From the NCBI GenBank assembly GCA_964343385.1, contig CAYFJH010000001.1, positions 1 to 63,088 on the forward strand: 63,088 bases of DNA, written 5' to 3'. The stretch's first letter is position 1. The number at the start of each line of letters is the position of its first letter. Shown one piece after another: positions 19,275 through 30,127 of the stretch. Origin of the DNA: an uncultured Novosphingobium sp. GTDB taxonomy: Bacteria > Pseudomonadota > Alphaproteobacteria > Sphingomonadales > Sphingomonadaceae. The translations under genes and the position numbers were made by a program. A model generated the notes under the pieces. It saw only the letters and a program-made list of their open reading frames with translations, had not been told where the DNA came from and did no database searches.

Positions 19275-19306
19275 CCGGCCCCTTCATTCAGCCATCGAGG
19301 GGTCGG
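19275..19306 (+). other. nifH-nifD intergenic stem-loop
   Basis: CCGGCCCCT...AGGGGTCGG. Confidence 0.45.
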
Positions 19307-19358
19307 GCACCACCTGAAGCACTGGATCTGCCGACCGGATCAATCAGGAGTACGAGCA

Positions 19359-20858
19359 ATGAGCGTATCAGAAACGACCGATATTGCGGCCGTCAAGGAA
19401 CGGAACCGGGCGCTGATCCAGGAAGTCCTGGAAGTCTATCCCGAAAAGACCGCCAAGCGCCGCGCCAAGCACCTCAACGTGCATGAAGAAGGCAAGAGCG
19501 ACTGCGGCGTCAAGTCCAACATCAAGTCGGTTCCCGGCGTGATGACCATTCGCGGCTGCGCCTATGCCGGCTCGAAGGGCGTGGTGTGGGGTCCGATCAA
19601 GGACATGATCCACATCAGCCATGGCCCGGTCGGCTGCGGCCAGTACAGCTGGGCCGCCCGCCGCAACTACTACATCGGCACCACCGGCATCGACACCTTC
19701 GTGACGATGCAGTTCACGTCCGATTTCCAGGAAAAGGACATCGTCTTCGGCGGCGACAAGAAGCTCGCCAAGATCATGGACGAGATCGAAGTCCTGTTTC
19801 CCCTCAACAAGGGCATCACGGTCCAGTCGGAATGCCCGATCGGCCTGATCGGCGACGATATCGAAGCCGTGTCCAAAATGAAGAGCAAGGAATACGGCGG
19901 CAAGACCATCGTGCCCGTGCGCTGCGAAGGCTTCCGTGGTGTTTCGCAGTCGCTTGGCCACCACATCGCCAACGATGCCGTGCGCGACTGGGTGTTCGAC
20001 AAGCTGGGCGACAAGCCCGTGCAGTTCGAACCATCGCCTTATGACGTGGCGATCATCGGCGATTACAACATCGGCGGCGATGCCTGGTCCTCGCGCATCC
20101 TGCTTGAGGAAATGGGCCTGCGCGTGGTGGCGCAGTGGTCGGGCGATGGCTCGATCGCGGAACTGGAAGCGACGCCCAAGGCGAAGCTGAACGTCCTCCA
20201 CTGCTACCGTTCGATGAACTACATCTCGCGCCACATGGAAGAAAAGTACGGTATTCCATGGGTGGAGTACAACTTCTTCGGCCCGACCAAGATCGATGAA
20301 TCGCTGCGCAAGATCGCCAGCTTCTTTGATGACAAGATCAAGGAAGGCGCCGAGCGCGTCATCGCCAAGTACAAGCCGCTGATGCAGGCGGTGGTCGACA
20401 AGTACCGCCCTCGCCTCGCCGGCAAGAAGGTTATGCTCTATGTCGGCGGCCTGCGCCCCCGCCACGTGATTGGCGCGTACGAAGACCTCGGCATGGAAGT
20501 GATCGGAACGGGCTACGAATTTGGCCACAACGACGATTACCAGCGCACCGCCCAGCACTATGTCAAGGACGGCACGCTGATCTACGACGACGTGACGGGC
20601 TATGAGTTCGAGAAGTTCGTCGAGAAGATCCAGCCCGATCTCGTCGGGTCTGGCATCAAGGAAAAGTACGTCTTCCAGAAGATGGGCGTCCCGTTCCGTC
20701 AGATGCACAGCTGGGATTATTCCGGCCCGTACCACGGCTTTGATGGCTTCGCGATCTTCGCGCGGGACATGGACATGGCGATCAACGCCCCGGTCTGGAA
20801 AATGACCCCGACGCCCTGGAAGCAGCAGCCCGAGCATTACGCGATCGCTGCTGAGTAA
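19359..20858 (+). CDS. nifD: nitrogenase MoFe protein alpha chain
   Basis: [31 protein letters not shown]. Confidence 0.99.
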   Translation: MSVSETTDIAAVKERNRALIQEVLEVYPEKTAKRRAKHLNVHEEGKSDCGVKSNIKSVPGVMTIRGCAYAGSKGVVWGPIKDMIHISHGPVGCGQYSWAARRNYYIGTTGIDTFVTMQFTSDFQEKDIVFGGDKKLAKIMDEIEVLFPLNKGITVQSECPIGLIGDDIEAVSKMKSKEYGGKTIVPVRCEGFRGVSQSLGHHIANDAVRDWVFDKLGDKPVQFEPSPYDVAIIGDYNIGGDAWSSRILLEEMGLRVVAQWSGDGSIAELEATPKAKLNVLHCYRSMNYISRHMEEKYGIPWVEYNFFGPTKIDESLRKIASFFDDKIKEGAERVIAKYKPLMQAVVDKYRPRLAGKKVMLYVGGLRPRHVIGAYEDLGMEVIGTGYEFGHNDDYQRTAQHYVKDGTLIYDDVTGYEFEKFVEKIQPDLVGSGIKEKYVFQKMGVPFRQMHSWDYSGPYHGFDGFAIFARDMDMAINAPVWKMTPTPWKQQPEHYAIAAE

Positions 20859-20863
20859 CCCTA

Positions 20864-20897
20864 TTCCGGCGTCGCAGGCGGAACCGCGGCGCCGGAA
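20864..20897 (+). other. nifD-nifK intergenic stem-loop
   Basis: TTCCGGCGTCGC...GCGGCGCCGGAA. Confidence 0.5.
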
Positions 20898-20929
20898 ACC
20901 CTTTGAACCGATTTTTGCAGGAGGCGACC

Positions 20930-22489
20930 ATGCCACAGGATGCAAACAATGTGCTCGATCACTTCGAGCTTTTCCGCGGGCCGGAATATCAGGACATGCT
21001 CGCCCGCAAGAAGGCCGAATTCGAAAACCACATTGGCGACGAAAAGGTCGCCGAAGTGGTCGAATGGGCCAAGACCAAGGAATACCAGGAGCTGAACTTC
21101 GCTCGCGAAGCGCTCACCGTAAACCCCGCCAAGGCCTGCCAGCCGCTCGGCGCGGTGTTCGTCGCGGTCGGCTTTGAAAGCACGATCCCTTTCGTTCACG
21201 GATCGCAGGGTTGCGTCGCGTATTACCGCTCGCACTTCTCGCGTCACTTCAAGGAACCGACGTCTTGCGTCTCGTCCTCGATGACCGAGGATGCGGCAGT
21301 GTTCGGCGGCCTGAACAACATGATTGACGGCCTCGCCAACACTTATGCGATGTACAAGCCCAAGATGATTGCAGTGTCGACGACCTGCATGGCCGAGGTG
21401 ATCGGCGACGATCTCAACGCCTTCATCAAGACCGCAAAGGAAAAAGGCTCGGTCCCCGAAGATTACGACGTTCCCTTTGCCCACACCCCCGCGTTCGTCG
21501 GCAGCCACATCACCGGCTACGACAATGCCATGAAGGGCGTGCTTGAGCACTTCTGGGACGGCAAGGCGCGCACGGTCGACAAGCTGGTCCGCGTTCCCAA
21601 CGGCAAGATCAACTTCCTCGGCGGGTTCGACGGCTACACCGTGGGCAACTTGCGCGAAGTGAAGCGCATCTTCGACATGATGAAGATCGAATACACCATC
21701 CTGGGCGATACCAGCGACGTGTGGGACACGCCGACCGACGGCGAATTCCGCATGTACGATGGCGGCACCACGCTGGAAGATGCGGCCAATGCCATCCACG
21801 CCAAGGCGACGATCTCGATGCAGGAATACTGCACCGAAAAGACGCTGCCATGGATTGCCAGCCACGGCCAGGAAACGGTTGCGCTCAATCACCCGATCGG
21901 CGTGGAAGGCACCGACAAGTTCATCATGGAAGCAGCCCGCCTCGCCGGTGTGGAAATCCCTGACGAACTGGCGCGCGAACGTGGCCGTCTGGTCGATGCG
22001 ATTGCTGACAGCAACAGCCACATCCACGGCAAGAAGTTCGCGATCTATGGCGATCCGGACCTCTGCTATGGCCTGGCGCAGTTCCTGCTCGAACTGGGCG
22101 CGGAACCCACCCATGTGCTGGCCACCAACGGCAGCAAGCAATGGGCGGTCAAGATGCAGGAACTGTTCGACAGTTCGCCCTTCGGCGCGAACTGCAAGGT
22201 CTATCCGGGCAAGGACCTGTGGCACATGCGGTCACTGCTGTTCACCGAGAAGGTCGATTTCCTGATCGGCAACACTTACGGCAAGTACCTTGAGCGCGAC
22301 ACCGGCACGCCGCTGATCCGCATCGGCTTCCCGATCTTCGATCGCCACCACAAGCACCGTTTTCCGGTGTGGGGCTATCAAGGCGGCCTCAACGTGCTGG
22401 TCACGATCCTCGACCGCATATTCGAGCATATCGACGCCACCACCAACGTGCCGTCGAAGACTGACTACAGCTACGACATCATTCGCTGA
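20930..22489 (+). CDS. nifK: nitrogenase MoFe protein beta chain
   Basis: [28 protein letters not shown]-terminal YDIIR. Confidence 0.99.
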   Translation: MPQDANNVLDHFELFRGPEYQDMLARKKAEFENHIGDEKVAEVVEWAKTKEYQELNFAREALTVNPAKACQPLGAVFVAVGFESTIPFVHGSQGCVAYYRSHFSRHFKEPTSCVSSSMTEDAAVFGGLNNMIDGLANTYAMYKPKMIAVSTTCMAEVIGDDLNAFIKTAKEKGSVPEDYDVPFAHTPAFVGSHITGYDNAMKGVLEHFWDGKARTVDKLVRVPNGKINFLGGFDGYTVGNLREVKRIFDMMKIEYTILGDTSDVWDTPTDGEFRMYDGGTTLEDAANAIHAKATISMQEYCTEKTLPWIASHGQETVALNHPIGVEGTDKFIMEAARLAGVEIPDELARERGRLVDAIADSNSHIHGKKFAIYGDPDLCYGLAQFLLELGAEPTHVLATNGSKQWAVKMQELFDSSPFGANCKVYPGKDLWHMRSLLFTEKVDFLIGNTYGKYLERDTGTPLIRIGFPIFDRHHKHRFPVWGYQGGLNVLVTILDRIFEHIDATTNVPSKTDYSYDIIR

Positions 22490-22544
22490 TCACAGCGCCT
22501 GAAAAGGACTGCAGCAGCCGGGCACGTTGGAAAGGAAACAAGCG

Positions 22545-24212
22545 ATGAGTTCTCTGTCCCAGACCATCCAGGATGTTTTCAACGAGCCCGGCTGCGGCAA
22601 GAACCAGGGCAAGTCCGAAAAGGAAAAGAAGAAGGGCTGCACCAAGCAGCTCCAGCCCGGAGGCGCAGCGGGCGGCTGTGCATTCGATGGTGCCAAGATC
22701 GCGCTGCAGCCGATCACCGATGTCGCCCATCTCGTCCACGGGCCGATCGCCTGCGAAGGCAACAGCTGGGACAATCGCGGCGCGTTCTCTTCCGGCTCGC
22801 TGCTTTACCGCACCGGCTTCACCACCGACATCAACGAGACCGACATCGTGTTCGGCGGCGAGAAGCACCTGTTCAAGGCGATCCGTGAAATCATCGCCAA
22901 GTACGATCCTCCCGCCATATTCGTCTACCAGACCTGCGTGCCCGCGATGATCGGCGACGATATTGACGCGGTGTGCAAGGCGGCGGCGGAAAAGTTCGGC
23001 AAGCCGGTCATCCCAGTCAATTCCCCCGGCTTCGTCGGCCCCAAGAACCTGGGCAACAAGCTGGCGGGCGAGGCGCTTCTTGCGCACGTGATCGGCACGA
23101 AAGAGCCGGAATACACCACGCCTTACGACATCAACATCATCGGCGAATATAACCTTGCAGGCGAGTTGTGGCAGGTAAAGCCGCTGCTCGACGAACTGGG
23201 CATCCGCATCCTGTCGTGCATCTCTGGCGATGCGAAATACGAGGAAGTGGCATGGTCGCACCGCGCCAGGGCCGCGATGATGGTCTGCTCCAAGGCAATG
23301 ATCAACGTCGCGCGCAAGATGGAGGAGCGCTACGGCATCCCGTTCTTCGAAGGCAGCTTCTACGGCATCGGCGATATGTCCGACAGCCTGCGCGAAATCG
23401 CACGGCTGCTGATCGAGCAGGGCGCTGACCCCGAACTGATGGAGCGCACCGAATGCGTGATCGCGCGCGAAGAAGCCCGCGCATGGGAGCGCATAGAGCC
23501 GTTCAAGCAGCAGCTCACCGGCATCAAGGTGCTGCTGGTGACAGGCGGCGTCAAAAGCTGGTCGGTCGTCGCCGCGCTGCAGGAAGCCGGGATGGAAATC
23601 GCGGGAACCTCGGTCAAGAAATCGACGCGTGAGGACAAGGAGAAGATCAAGGAACTGATGGGCCAGGACGCCCATATGTTCGATGACCTGACCCCGCGTG
23701 AAATGTACAGGATGCTGAAAGACGCCAAGGCAGACATCATGCTGTCGGGCGGGCGTTCGCAGTTCATCGCGCTCAAGGCCGGGATGCCCTGGCTCGATAT
23801 CAATCAGGAGCGCCACTACGCCTATGCCGGGTATCATGGCATGGTCGATCTGGTGCGCGAAATTGCGCGCACCCTGTTCAATCCAATGTGGGAGCAGGTG
23901 CGCCTGCCCGCACCCTGGGCCATCGCAGGCGAGGATTGGCAGAGCCGTGCGCTGGTCGAAGAGCCTGCCGAGGAACCTGCCGAAATCGTTCCCGAACTGA
24001 CGCCCGAACAGATCGAGGCTACCCGCCGCGCCCGCGCCGTCTGCATGTGCAAGCGCGTTTCGACCGGCGCGATCGAAGATGCGGTGATGGCCGGATGCTC
24101 CACGCGCGAAGCCGTCGGCAAGGCTACCGGCGCTGCCACCGGATGCGGTGGTTGCGGCCCGTTCGTCAGCGCCATCGTCGAGTGTCATGTGCGCCCGGCG
24201 CAGGCGGCCTGA
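22545..24212 (+). CDS. nifE: FeMo-co scaffold NifE with C-terminal BFD-like [2Fe-2S] domain
   Basis: GGCAFDGA, HGPIAC, TGGVKSWS; tail CMCK..TGAATGCGGC. Confidence 0.96.
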   Translation: MSSLSQTIQDVFNEPGCGKNQGKSEKEKKKGCTKQLQPGGAAGGCAFDGAKIALQPITDVAHLVHGPIACEGNSWDNRGAFSSGSLLYRTGFTTDINETDIVFGGEKHLFKAIREIIAKYDPPAIFVYQTCVPAMIGDDIDAVCKAAAEKFGKPVIPVNSPGFVGPKNLGNKLAGEALLAHVIGTKEPEYTTPYDINIIGEYNLAGELWQVKPLLDELGIRILSCISGDAKYEEVAWSHRARAAMMVCSKAMINVARKMEERYGIPFFEGSFYGIGDMSDSLREIARLLIEQGADPELMERTECVIAREEARAWERIEPFKQQLTGIKVLLVTGGVKSWSVVAALQEAGMEIAGTSVKKSTREDKEKIKELMGQDAHMFDDLTPREMYRMLKDAKADIMLSGGRSQFIALKAGMPWLDINQERHYAYAGYHGMVDLVREIARTLFNPMWEQVRLPAPWAIAGEDWQSRALVEEPAEEPAEIVPELTPEQIEATRRARAVCMCKRVSTGAIEDAVMAGCSTREAVGKATGAATGCGGCGPFVSAIVECHVRPAQAA

Positions 24213-24215
24213 GGC

Positions 24216-25601
24216 ATGGCCGAACTTGTCAAACAGCCCAAGGCCTGCACGGTCAACCCGCTCAAGATGAGCCAGCCGATCGGTGGCGCGCTCGCCTTCA
24301 TGGGCATGGGCGGGGCGATGCCGCTGCTGCACGGTTCGCAAGGCTGCACCAGCTTCGGCCTGGTGCTGTTCGTGCGCCATTTCCGCGAGGCTATCCCGCT
24401 CCAGACCACGGCGATGTCCGAGGTCGCAACCGTGCTCGGCGGGTACGACAATGTCGAGCAGGCCGTGCTCAACATCGTCAAGCGGACCAGGCCCGAACTT
24501 ATCGGCATATGCTCTACCGGGGTAACCGAAACCAAGGGCGACGACGTGCAGGGCTATATTCGCCTGATCCGCGAAAGGCATCCCGAACTCGACAACGTCG
24601 CGCTGGTCTATGTCTCGACGCCCGATTTCAAGGATGCCTTCCAGGATGGCTGGGCCAAGGCCGTCACCGCCATGGTCGAGGCGCTGGTCGCCCCGCGTGA
24701 TCCGGTCGTGCTGCCCGATCCACGCCGCATCACCGTGCTGCCGGGATGCCACATCACGCCGGGCGACATCGACGAACTGCGCGATCTGTTCGAAGCCTTC
24801 GGGCTGATTCCGGTGTTCCTGCCGGACCTTTCGGGTTCGCTCGACGGACACATCCCGGATGATTTCACGCCGACCACGATCGGCGGCACCAGTTGCGAAG
24901 CAGCGCGCGCGATGGGCACCGCCGCATGGACCATCGCGATCGGCGAACAGATGCGCCCCGCTGCCGAGGCTTTGGAACGCAGGACGGGCGTGCCGTACAA
25001 GCTGTTCGACCGGCTGACCGGGCTTGAAGCCAACGACCGGCTGATCGCGTTCCTCATGGAAATCAGCGGCCGTCCTGTGCCTGAAAAATATCGCCGCCAG
25101 CGCGGACAACTGGTGGATGCCATGCTTGACGGGCATTTCCACATCGGCGGTCGTCGCATCGCCGTTGGTGCAGAACCCGACCTGCTGTTCGCCGTGGGCG
25201 CGATGCTGCACGAAATGGGCGCGAATATCTGCGCTGCGGTGACGACCACCCAGTCGCTCTCGCTCGACAGGCTCCCCGCCGCCGAAGTCATGATCGGCGA
25301 TCTGGAAGACCTCGAAAAGCTGGCGAACGTTGCCGGTGCAGACCTGATCATCACGCACAGCCATGGGCGACAGGCAGCCGAGCGGCTTGGCATACCGCTG
25401 TTCCGCATGGGCCTGCCGATGTTCGACTGGCTGGGCGCAGGCCACCTCACCAGCGTTGGCTATCGCGGCACCCGTGATCTGATCTTCGCCATCGGCAACC
25501 TGCTGATGCACCAGCATTTCCACCATGCGCCGACCCCGGAGACGTGGGTCGAACACCCTTCCGCCCTCACCGTCCCCTCCGTTCAGGAGCTTGCCGAATG
25601 A
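24216..25601 (+). CDS. nifN: FeMo-co scaffold NifN
   Basis: NPLKMSQP.G, HGSQGCTSF, HFREAIPLQTTAM. Confidence 0.97.
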   Translation: MAELVKQPKACTVNPLKMSQPIGGALAFMGMGGAMPLLHGSQGCTSFGLVLFVRHFREAIPLQTTAMSEVATVLGGYDNVEQAVLNIVKRTRPELIGICSTGVTETKGDDVQGYIRLIRERHPELDNVALVYVSTPDFKDAFQDGWAKAVTAMVEALVAPRDPVVLPDPRRITVLPGCHITPGDIDELRDLFEAFGLIPVFLPDLSGSLDGHIPDDFTPTTIGGTSCEAARAMGTAAWTIAIGEQMRPAAEALERRTGVPYKLFDRLTGLEANDRLIAFLMEISGRPVPEKYRRQRGQLVDAMLDGHFHIGGRRIAVGAEPDLLFAVGAMLHEMGANICAAVTTTQSLSLDRLPAAEVMIGDLEDLEKLANVAGADLIITHSHGRQAAERLGIPLFRMGLPMFDWLGAGHLTSVGYRGTRDLIFAIGNLLMHQHFHHAPTPETWVEHPSALTVPSVQELAE

Positions 25602-26002
25602 AAGTCGCTTTCGCCACGCAGGACCTCAAGCGTATCGACGCCCACTTCGGATGGGCACGGAACATCGCGATCTACGATCTGGAACCCGACGGCTTCGCGC
25701 TGGATCAGGTCGTCGCCTTCGAGGGCGATCTCAAGGAAGATGGCGACGAGGACAAGCTTGCGCCCAAGCTCGACGCCATCAAGGACTGCTCAATCCTAGT
25801 CGTCGCAGCCATTGGTGGTTCGGGTGCCGCGCGGGTCGTTGCGCAGAACATCCACCCGATGAAAGTGAACGAACCCGAGCCGATCGAGGGCATGCTGGTG
25901 AAGCTGCAGGAGGTGCTCAAAGGCACCCCGCCACCGTGGCTGCGCAAGATCATGGCAAAAGCCCAGCCTAGAACATTCGAATTCGAAGACGAGGACGCCT
26001 GA
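25598..26002 (+). CDS. nifX: NifX
   Basis: MKVAFATQD..DAHFG.A, AIGGSGAA, PPPWLRK. Confidence 0.95.
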   Translation: MKVAFATQDLKRIDAHFGWARNIAIYDLEPDGFALDQVVAFEGDLKEDGDEDKLAPKLDAIKDCSILVVAAIGGSGAARVVAQNIHPMKVNEPEPIEGMLVKLQEVLKGTPPPWLRKIMAKAQPRTFEFEDEDA

Positions 26003-26005
26003 ACC

Positions 26006-26467
26006 ATGACCGATGTCGCCACCACCGCTGCTCCCGTTATCGATGGATTCGCCGCGCAACTCGTTCAGCAAATCCGCGCCGAGGACACCCACGGCAGCTG
26101 GGACCGCAAGACCGACGCGGAACTGCTCGATCCGTTCATCGTCGACAAGGAACGCCGACGCGCCATGCCGATCATCGGCGATCCCGATCCGGACACGCTG
26201 TGGCGGCTGGGCATTTTCTACGGCGCACTGTGCCTGGCCATTGAGCGGCAGTGCGGCATCATGGTCACCCCGATGATGAAGATGAGCCACGAAGGCTTTG
26301 GCCGCATGGTGCTGATCGCAGGGCGACTTGTGGTGGTGAACAAGTCGCTGCGTGATGTGCACCGCTTCGGATTCGACAGTGCGGAAAAGCTCAACACCGA
26401 AGCGGACAAGTTCCTCGCTTCGGCGGCAGAGATCATCGCCAAGTACCCCGAAGTCGCCAATTACTGA
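26006..26467 (+). CDS. NifX-associated protein (DUF269)
   Basis: [32 protein letters not shown]. Confidence 0.9.
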   Translation: MTDVATTAAPVIDGFAAQLVQQIRAEDTHGSWDRKTDAELLDPFIVDKERRRAMPIIGDPDPDTLWRLGIFYGALCLAIERQCGIMVTPMMKMSHEGFGRMVLIAGRLVVVNKSLRDVHRFGFDSAEKLNTEADKFLASAAEIIAKYPEVANY

Positions 26468-26492
26468 CACCTGAACGCCAACAGAGGTCGAC

Positions 26493-26696
26493 ATGAGCGA
26501 CACAGAAACCCTCCGTAGCGAAATCAAGAAGCTGTCGGCCAAGGCAATGCAGGCCAAGATGGACCTTCACGACTTGTCGGAGGAACTTCCCCTTGGCGTC
26601 GAGGCGGTGATGGAGATCGCGGTGCGCGTGCGTGATTCCTATGCCGCACTCGACGCAAAACGGGCCGAACTAAAGGCACTGGAGGCCACATCATGA
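26493..26696 (+). CDS. Rop-like CCE_0567/DUF683 protein
   Basis: [21 protein letters not shown]. Confidence 0.85.
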   Translation: MSDTETLRSEIKKLSAKAMQAKMDLHDLSEELPLGVEAVMEIAVRVRDSYAALDAKRAELKALEATS

Positions 26697-26980
26697 CCTG
26701 GCAGACCCGTGGCGGGCGTGACTGGACGCCGGACTTTCTCGTTTCGATCGACCCCGATTTGTGCATCGGCTGCGGCCGCTGCTTCAAGGTATGCGGACGT
26801 GATGTGATGACGCTCAAGGGCGTCAACGAGGGCGGCGACATCGTCGAACTTGATGAAGACGAGGACGAGGAACTGGAAAAGAAGGTCATGGCCATAAACG
26901 ATGCCGATGCCTGCATCGGTTGCGGCGCATGTTCCCGCGTGTGCCCGACCAGTTGCCAGACCCACCAGAAGGCCGCCTGA
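26693..26980 (+). CDS. fdxB: ferredoxin III, nif-specific
   Basis: [11 protein letters not shown], acidic insert, [12 protein letters not shown]. Confidence 0.92.
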   Translation: MTWQTRGGRDWTPDFLVSIDPDLCIGCGRCFKVCGRDVMTLKGVNEGGDIVELDEDEDEELEKKVMAINDADACIGCGACSRVCPTSCQTHQKAA

Positions 26981-27609
26981 TGCGCACGGGCGGCGAAGGC
27001 ATCTACACCCGCCTGACCGGCCACGGCATTGCCCATGGCACCGATCCGTTCGACCTGCACATCGTGGCCAGTGTGATATCACTGGCGGCGCAAGAAGAAT
27101 CCGGGTCGCTGGCGGAAGGGTTGGGGCTGGCGCCGTTCGAAGTGCGCGCGCTGTTCATGGAGATGTTTCCCGGTGCCATCGGCATGGCCAGCGAACCCGT
27201 CGCAACGGGCGATCCGCTATCCGATGACGAAAGCGCCTTGCGCGACATCTTCTGGCATAACAGCGCGCAGGGCGGCACACTGGCGCTGCTGCTGGCGCGG
27301 ATCATGGCGCGGCGGTGCCAGCGGCCCAACCACCTGTGGCAGGACCTTGGCCTTTGCAGCCGCCGCGAACTGACAATGCTGATGGCGCGTCACTACCCCC
27401 GGCTGGCGTCGCGCAATGTCAACGACATGAAATGGAAGAAATTCCTCTACCGCATGATCTGCTCATCCACCGGCTTCTCGCTGTGTGTCGCCCCAATATG
27501 CAGCGAATGCGACGAATTCGACGACTGCTTCGGCCCGGAAGACGGCCCCAACATGCTCGCCCGGTTGCGCAATGACAGGCCAGCGGCTTCGAACGAAGTG
27601 CGGCCATGA
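26980..27609 (+). CDS. nifQ: NifQ molybdenum donor
   Basis: NHLWQDLGL, NDMKWKKF.YR, CVAPICSEC...CF. Confidence 0.93.
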   Translation: MRTGGEGIYTRLTGHGIAHGTDPFDLHIVASVISLAAQEESGSLAEGLGLAPFEVRALFMEMFPGAIGMASEPVATGDPLSDDESALRDIFWHNSAQGGTLALLLARIMARRCQRPNHLWQDLGLCSRRELTMLMARHYPRLASRNVNDMKWKKFLYRMICSSTGFSLCVAPICSECDEFDDCFGPEDGPNMLARLRNDRPAASNEVRP

Positions 27610-28064
27610 CCGAACCTGCCACCAATGCGCGCACAAGCCCCTGCGCCGACCTCGATCCCGGCCCCGCCGCGGATCAGGTGGCCAGCGAGGCAGAGATTGC
27701 CGCGCTGGTGCAGCGCTTCTATGCACTATCGCTGCAGGACGACCTGCTCGGACCGATGTTCCGTGCGATAATTCCGGACTTTCCCGCGCATTACCAGATC
27801 GTGCAGGATTTCTGGTCACACGCGCTGCTCGGCACCGAGCGTTACCAGCGCGGCACGCCTTATTCGCATCACGGGCACCTGAAGGTAGAGGAAATCCATT
27901 TCGATCGCTGGAATACAGCTTTCACCGCCGCAGCGCACGAAACGCTCCCTCCTGTGGCCGCGGCGCTGGCACTCAGCCGCGCGGCCCACATGACGCTGTC
28001 GTTCAAGGCAGGGATGCTGCCCTTGCCCACCCCTCGGTCCATCCCGGCCAAGACCAAAGCGTAA
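27606..28064 (+). CDS. group III truncated hemoglobin
   Basis: LV.RFY..DDLLGPMF, H..I..DFWS, HFDRW. Confidence 0.85.
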   Translation: MTEPATNARTSPCADLDPGPAADQVASEAEIAALVQRFYALSLQDDLLGPMFRAIIPDFPAHYQIVQDFWSHALLGTERYQRGTPYSHHGHLKVEEIHFDRWNTAFTAAAHETLPPVAAALALSRAAHMTLSFKAGMLPLPTPRSIPAKTKA

Positions 28065-28093
28065 CGGTCGTGGCGGACGGGCAAACCGCGACG

Positions 28094-28408
28094 CTATTCG
28101 ATGCCTTCACCCCAGGCCCGGCGATTGGCCGCAATGCGAAAGCGTTCGGCAATCGCGGCAGGATCGGCGGCCTGTTGTTCCTGCCCCAGCCACAGCGCAT
28201 CCTTGGCCAGTTCCGCTTCCGTCGCCGTCAAAGCGATGCGGCCGGCGACATGCGTCGCTTCGGGCGCTGCGCGCAAAATCTCGAACTTGCGGGGATGATT
28301 GACGAGGTCAGTCACTTCCAGCGATTCCAGCTTGCCGTCCAGCACGATCGCGGTCCCGACCACTTCCACTCTGCGTCCATCCTGGGTGATCTTGATCAGC
28401 TTGGCCAT
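28094..28408 (-). CDS. hypothetical protein
   Basis: RBS GAAGGA, MAKLIKITQDGR..ATHVAGRIALT..EA; own sigma54-like promoter. Confidence 0.7.
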   Translation of the reverse strand: MAKLIKITQDGRRVEVVGTAIVLDGKLESLEVTDLVNHPRKFEILRAAPEATHVAGRIALTATEAELAKDALWLGQEQQAADPAAIAERFRIAANRRAWGEGIE

Positions 28409-28443
28409 GGTGCGTTCCTTCAGGGACATTACCGCAACATCCA

Positions 28444-28459
28444 TTCAAGCATCGTGCCA
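28444..28459 (-). promoter_or_regulatory. sigma54-type promoter with -12 A variant
   Basis: Minus strand TGGCAC-gatgc-TTGAA. Confidence 0.55.
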
Positions 28460-28476
28460 GACCATGAGGCATCGCC

Positions 28477-28872
28477 ATGTACGCCATCTGTGAGTTGAAC
28501 CGAATTCCCAACCGCCGCGCCGCCAGCTTCGTGCTTGCACGCCGACATGATGACGGGCACGTCCGCCCCTGGCTCATCTTCGTGGTGCGTTGGGGAAAGC
28601 ACGTGCTCGGCTACGAAAACAACTGCCCGCACGAAGGCGTACCGCTGGATTGGGAGCGCGGCCAGTTCCTCGATGGTGAAGGCCTGCGCATCCAGTGCGG
28701 CAAGCACGGCGCGCTGTTCGATCTGGGCACGGGTGAATGCGTTGTTGGCCCGTGCCTGGGGCATGGCCTGACGCCGGTACAGCTTACGGTGGACGATGAG
28801 GGCGATATCTGCGTCACCGGAGTCGTTCTGGCCGAGGATGACGATTTCGACAGTGGCTGCGGGGTGGAGTAA
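28477..28872 (+). CDS. Rieske [2Fe-2S] ferredoxin
   Basis: CPH and CGKHGALFD, GPC.G. Confidence 0.9.
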   Translation: MYAICELNRIPNRRAASFVLARRHDDGHVRPWLIFVVRWGKHVLGYENNCPHEGVPLDWERGQFLDGEGLRIQCGKHGALFDLGTGECVVGPCLGHGLTPVQLTVDDEGDICVTGVVLAEDDDFDSGCGVE

Positions 28873-28887
28873 AATCCACCGGGGGCC

Positions 28888-28913
28888 GCGGGGTGGAATA
28901 GCGGCCACCCCGC
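28888..28913. terminator. hairpin between convergent genes
   Basis: GCGGGGTGG-aatagcgg-CCACCCCGC. Confidence 0.5.
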
Positions 28914-28923
28914 TCCCTGTTGA

Positions 28924-29532
28924 TCAAACGGGCCGGTTGGCGTTGCGGTTGCGCACCGGTTCCATGATGGCGATGCCTTCGTCGATGGTGATCAGCGGGT
29001 AATCCGCCGCGAACGCCGCCAGCTTGTCCATGACCTTCTGGAGCTTTTCCGGTCCTCCCAGCTTTTTCACGTCGTTCTTGTCAATATCGACCAGTTCCAG
29101 CGTTTCCTTCCACACGGTCGATTCGTCGAGCGGCAAGACATAGGCCGTGACCGCGTCGGTCAGCGGCACCCGGTACTTCTTCAGGAAATCGATGTTGTTG
29201 ACGAAGAACACATAGGTCCCGGTCGGCGCAAGCAAATCGCCCAGAACGGCAGCAACGTCGTTCAGGTAGGCAAAGCTGTGCAGATAGCCGACCAGCACCG
29301 GGATCGTTCCCGAAGCAGCGTCGGCTTCTGCCAGCACCTGTTCGATCGCATAAAGCGGCGGGCGCTTTTCATCGGCCAGTTGCTCTTGGAATGCCAGGGC
29401 GATGTCGCCGCGAAATCCGAACATGGCGGGCGTGGGCAAAGCTTCCTTCAGCACGGCGTTGAGCAGCCGTCCTTCCCCGTCAATCCTGCCGAAAGCGGTG
29501 TCTGCCAGTTCCACTTGCGTTGTCATCGTCAT
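28924..29532 (-). CDS. nif-associated hypothetical protein
   Basis: RBS AAGGAG, typical codon usage, own sigma54 promoter. Confidence 0.75.
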   Translation of the reverse strand: MTMTTQVELADTAFGRIDGEGRLLNAVLKEALPTPAMFGFRGDIALAFQEQLADEKRPPLYAIEQVLAEADAASGTIPVLVGYLHSFAYLNDVAAVLGDLLAPTGTYVFFVNNIDFLKKYRVPLTDAVTAYVLPLDESTVWKETLELVDIDKNDVKKLGGPEKLQKVMDKLAAFAADYPLITIDEGIAIMEPVRNRNANRPV

Positions 29533-29570
29533 GCCCTGCTCCTTGATTTCATCCGGGATAGGCAGCGCCA

Positions 29571-29756
29571 TGCAGGAACCGGGCCGTTTGGCCTTCCCGA
29601 CGCGTGTAGACGGTTCGGCGTGCTATTTTGTGTGCAACGCAACAAAGCGCACCCCGGCGTTTGTGGGCAAACCGACAACGAAACGACAAATCCCGAAGAC
29701 CGCGCACGTATTTCAGCGGGTTTGTGGGCCTGAACGCAAATGGCACGCTCTTTGCG
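29571..29756. promoter_or_regulatory. divergent sigma54 promoters sharing two NifA UAS
   Basis: Minus CGGCCC-ggttc-CTGCA 29571-29586; TGT-N10-ACA at 29629-29644 and 29662-29677; plus TGGCAC-gctct-TTGCG 29741-29756. Confidence 0.85.
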
Positions 29757-29794
29757 ACACCCTTGGCAGGACGCATTCCTCAAGGAGGTCACCG

Positions 29795-30115
29795 ATGATC
29801 ACGCTGACAGACAGCGCCGTTGAAGCGGTGAAGACCGCGATCTCCCGCGCCGCGGAACTTCCCGCAGGATTGCGCATCCAGGTCGAGGCTGGCGGATGCG
29901 CCGGTTACAAATACCTGATGGGGCTGGTCAACCAGCCCAACCCCGAAGACGCGCGCATCCTTTGTGGCGACGTTGCACTTTTCGTCGACGAGGTCAGCCA
30001 GCCGCTGCTCGCCGGGACGACCATCGATTTCGTCGTGGCGCTGGAAGGCTCCGGCTTCACTTTTGAAAATCCCAACGCCGAGAGCAGTTGCTCGTGCGGC
30101 AAGTCTTTCGGTTAA
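29795..30115 (+). CDS. iscA: nif-specific IscA
   Basis: GGCAG, F.FENPNA..SCSCGKSF. Confidence 0.93.
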   Translation: MITLTDSAVEAVKTAISRAAELPAGLRIQVEAGGCAGYKYLMGLVNQPNPEDARILCGDVALFVDEVSQPLLAGTTIDFVVALEGSGFTFENPNAESSCSCGKSFG

Positions 30116-30127
30116 GGAGCGCGGTCC

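Noticed and set aside
22479..25556. 1025-aa minus-strand ORF (also 19368-20945, 20861-22225, 31162-32604, 34904-36346)
   Set aside because: Antisense shadows of high-GC nif/fix genes with no recognisable motifs
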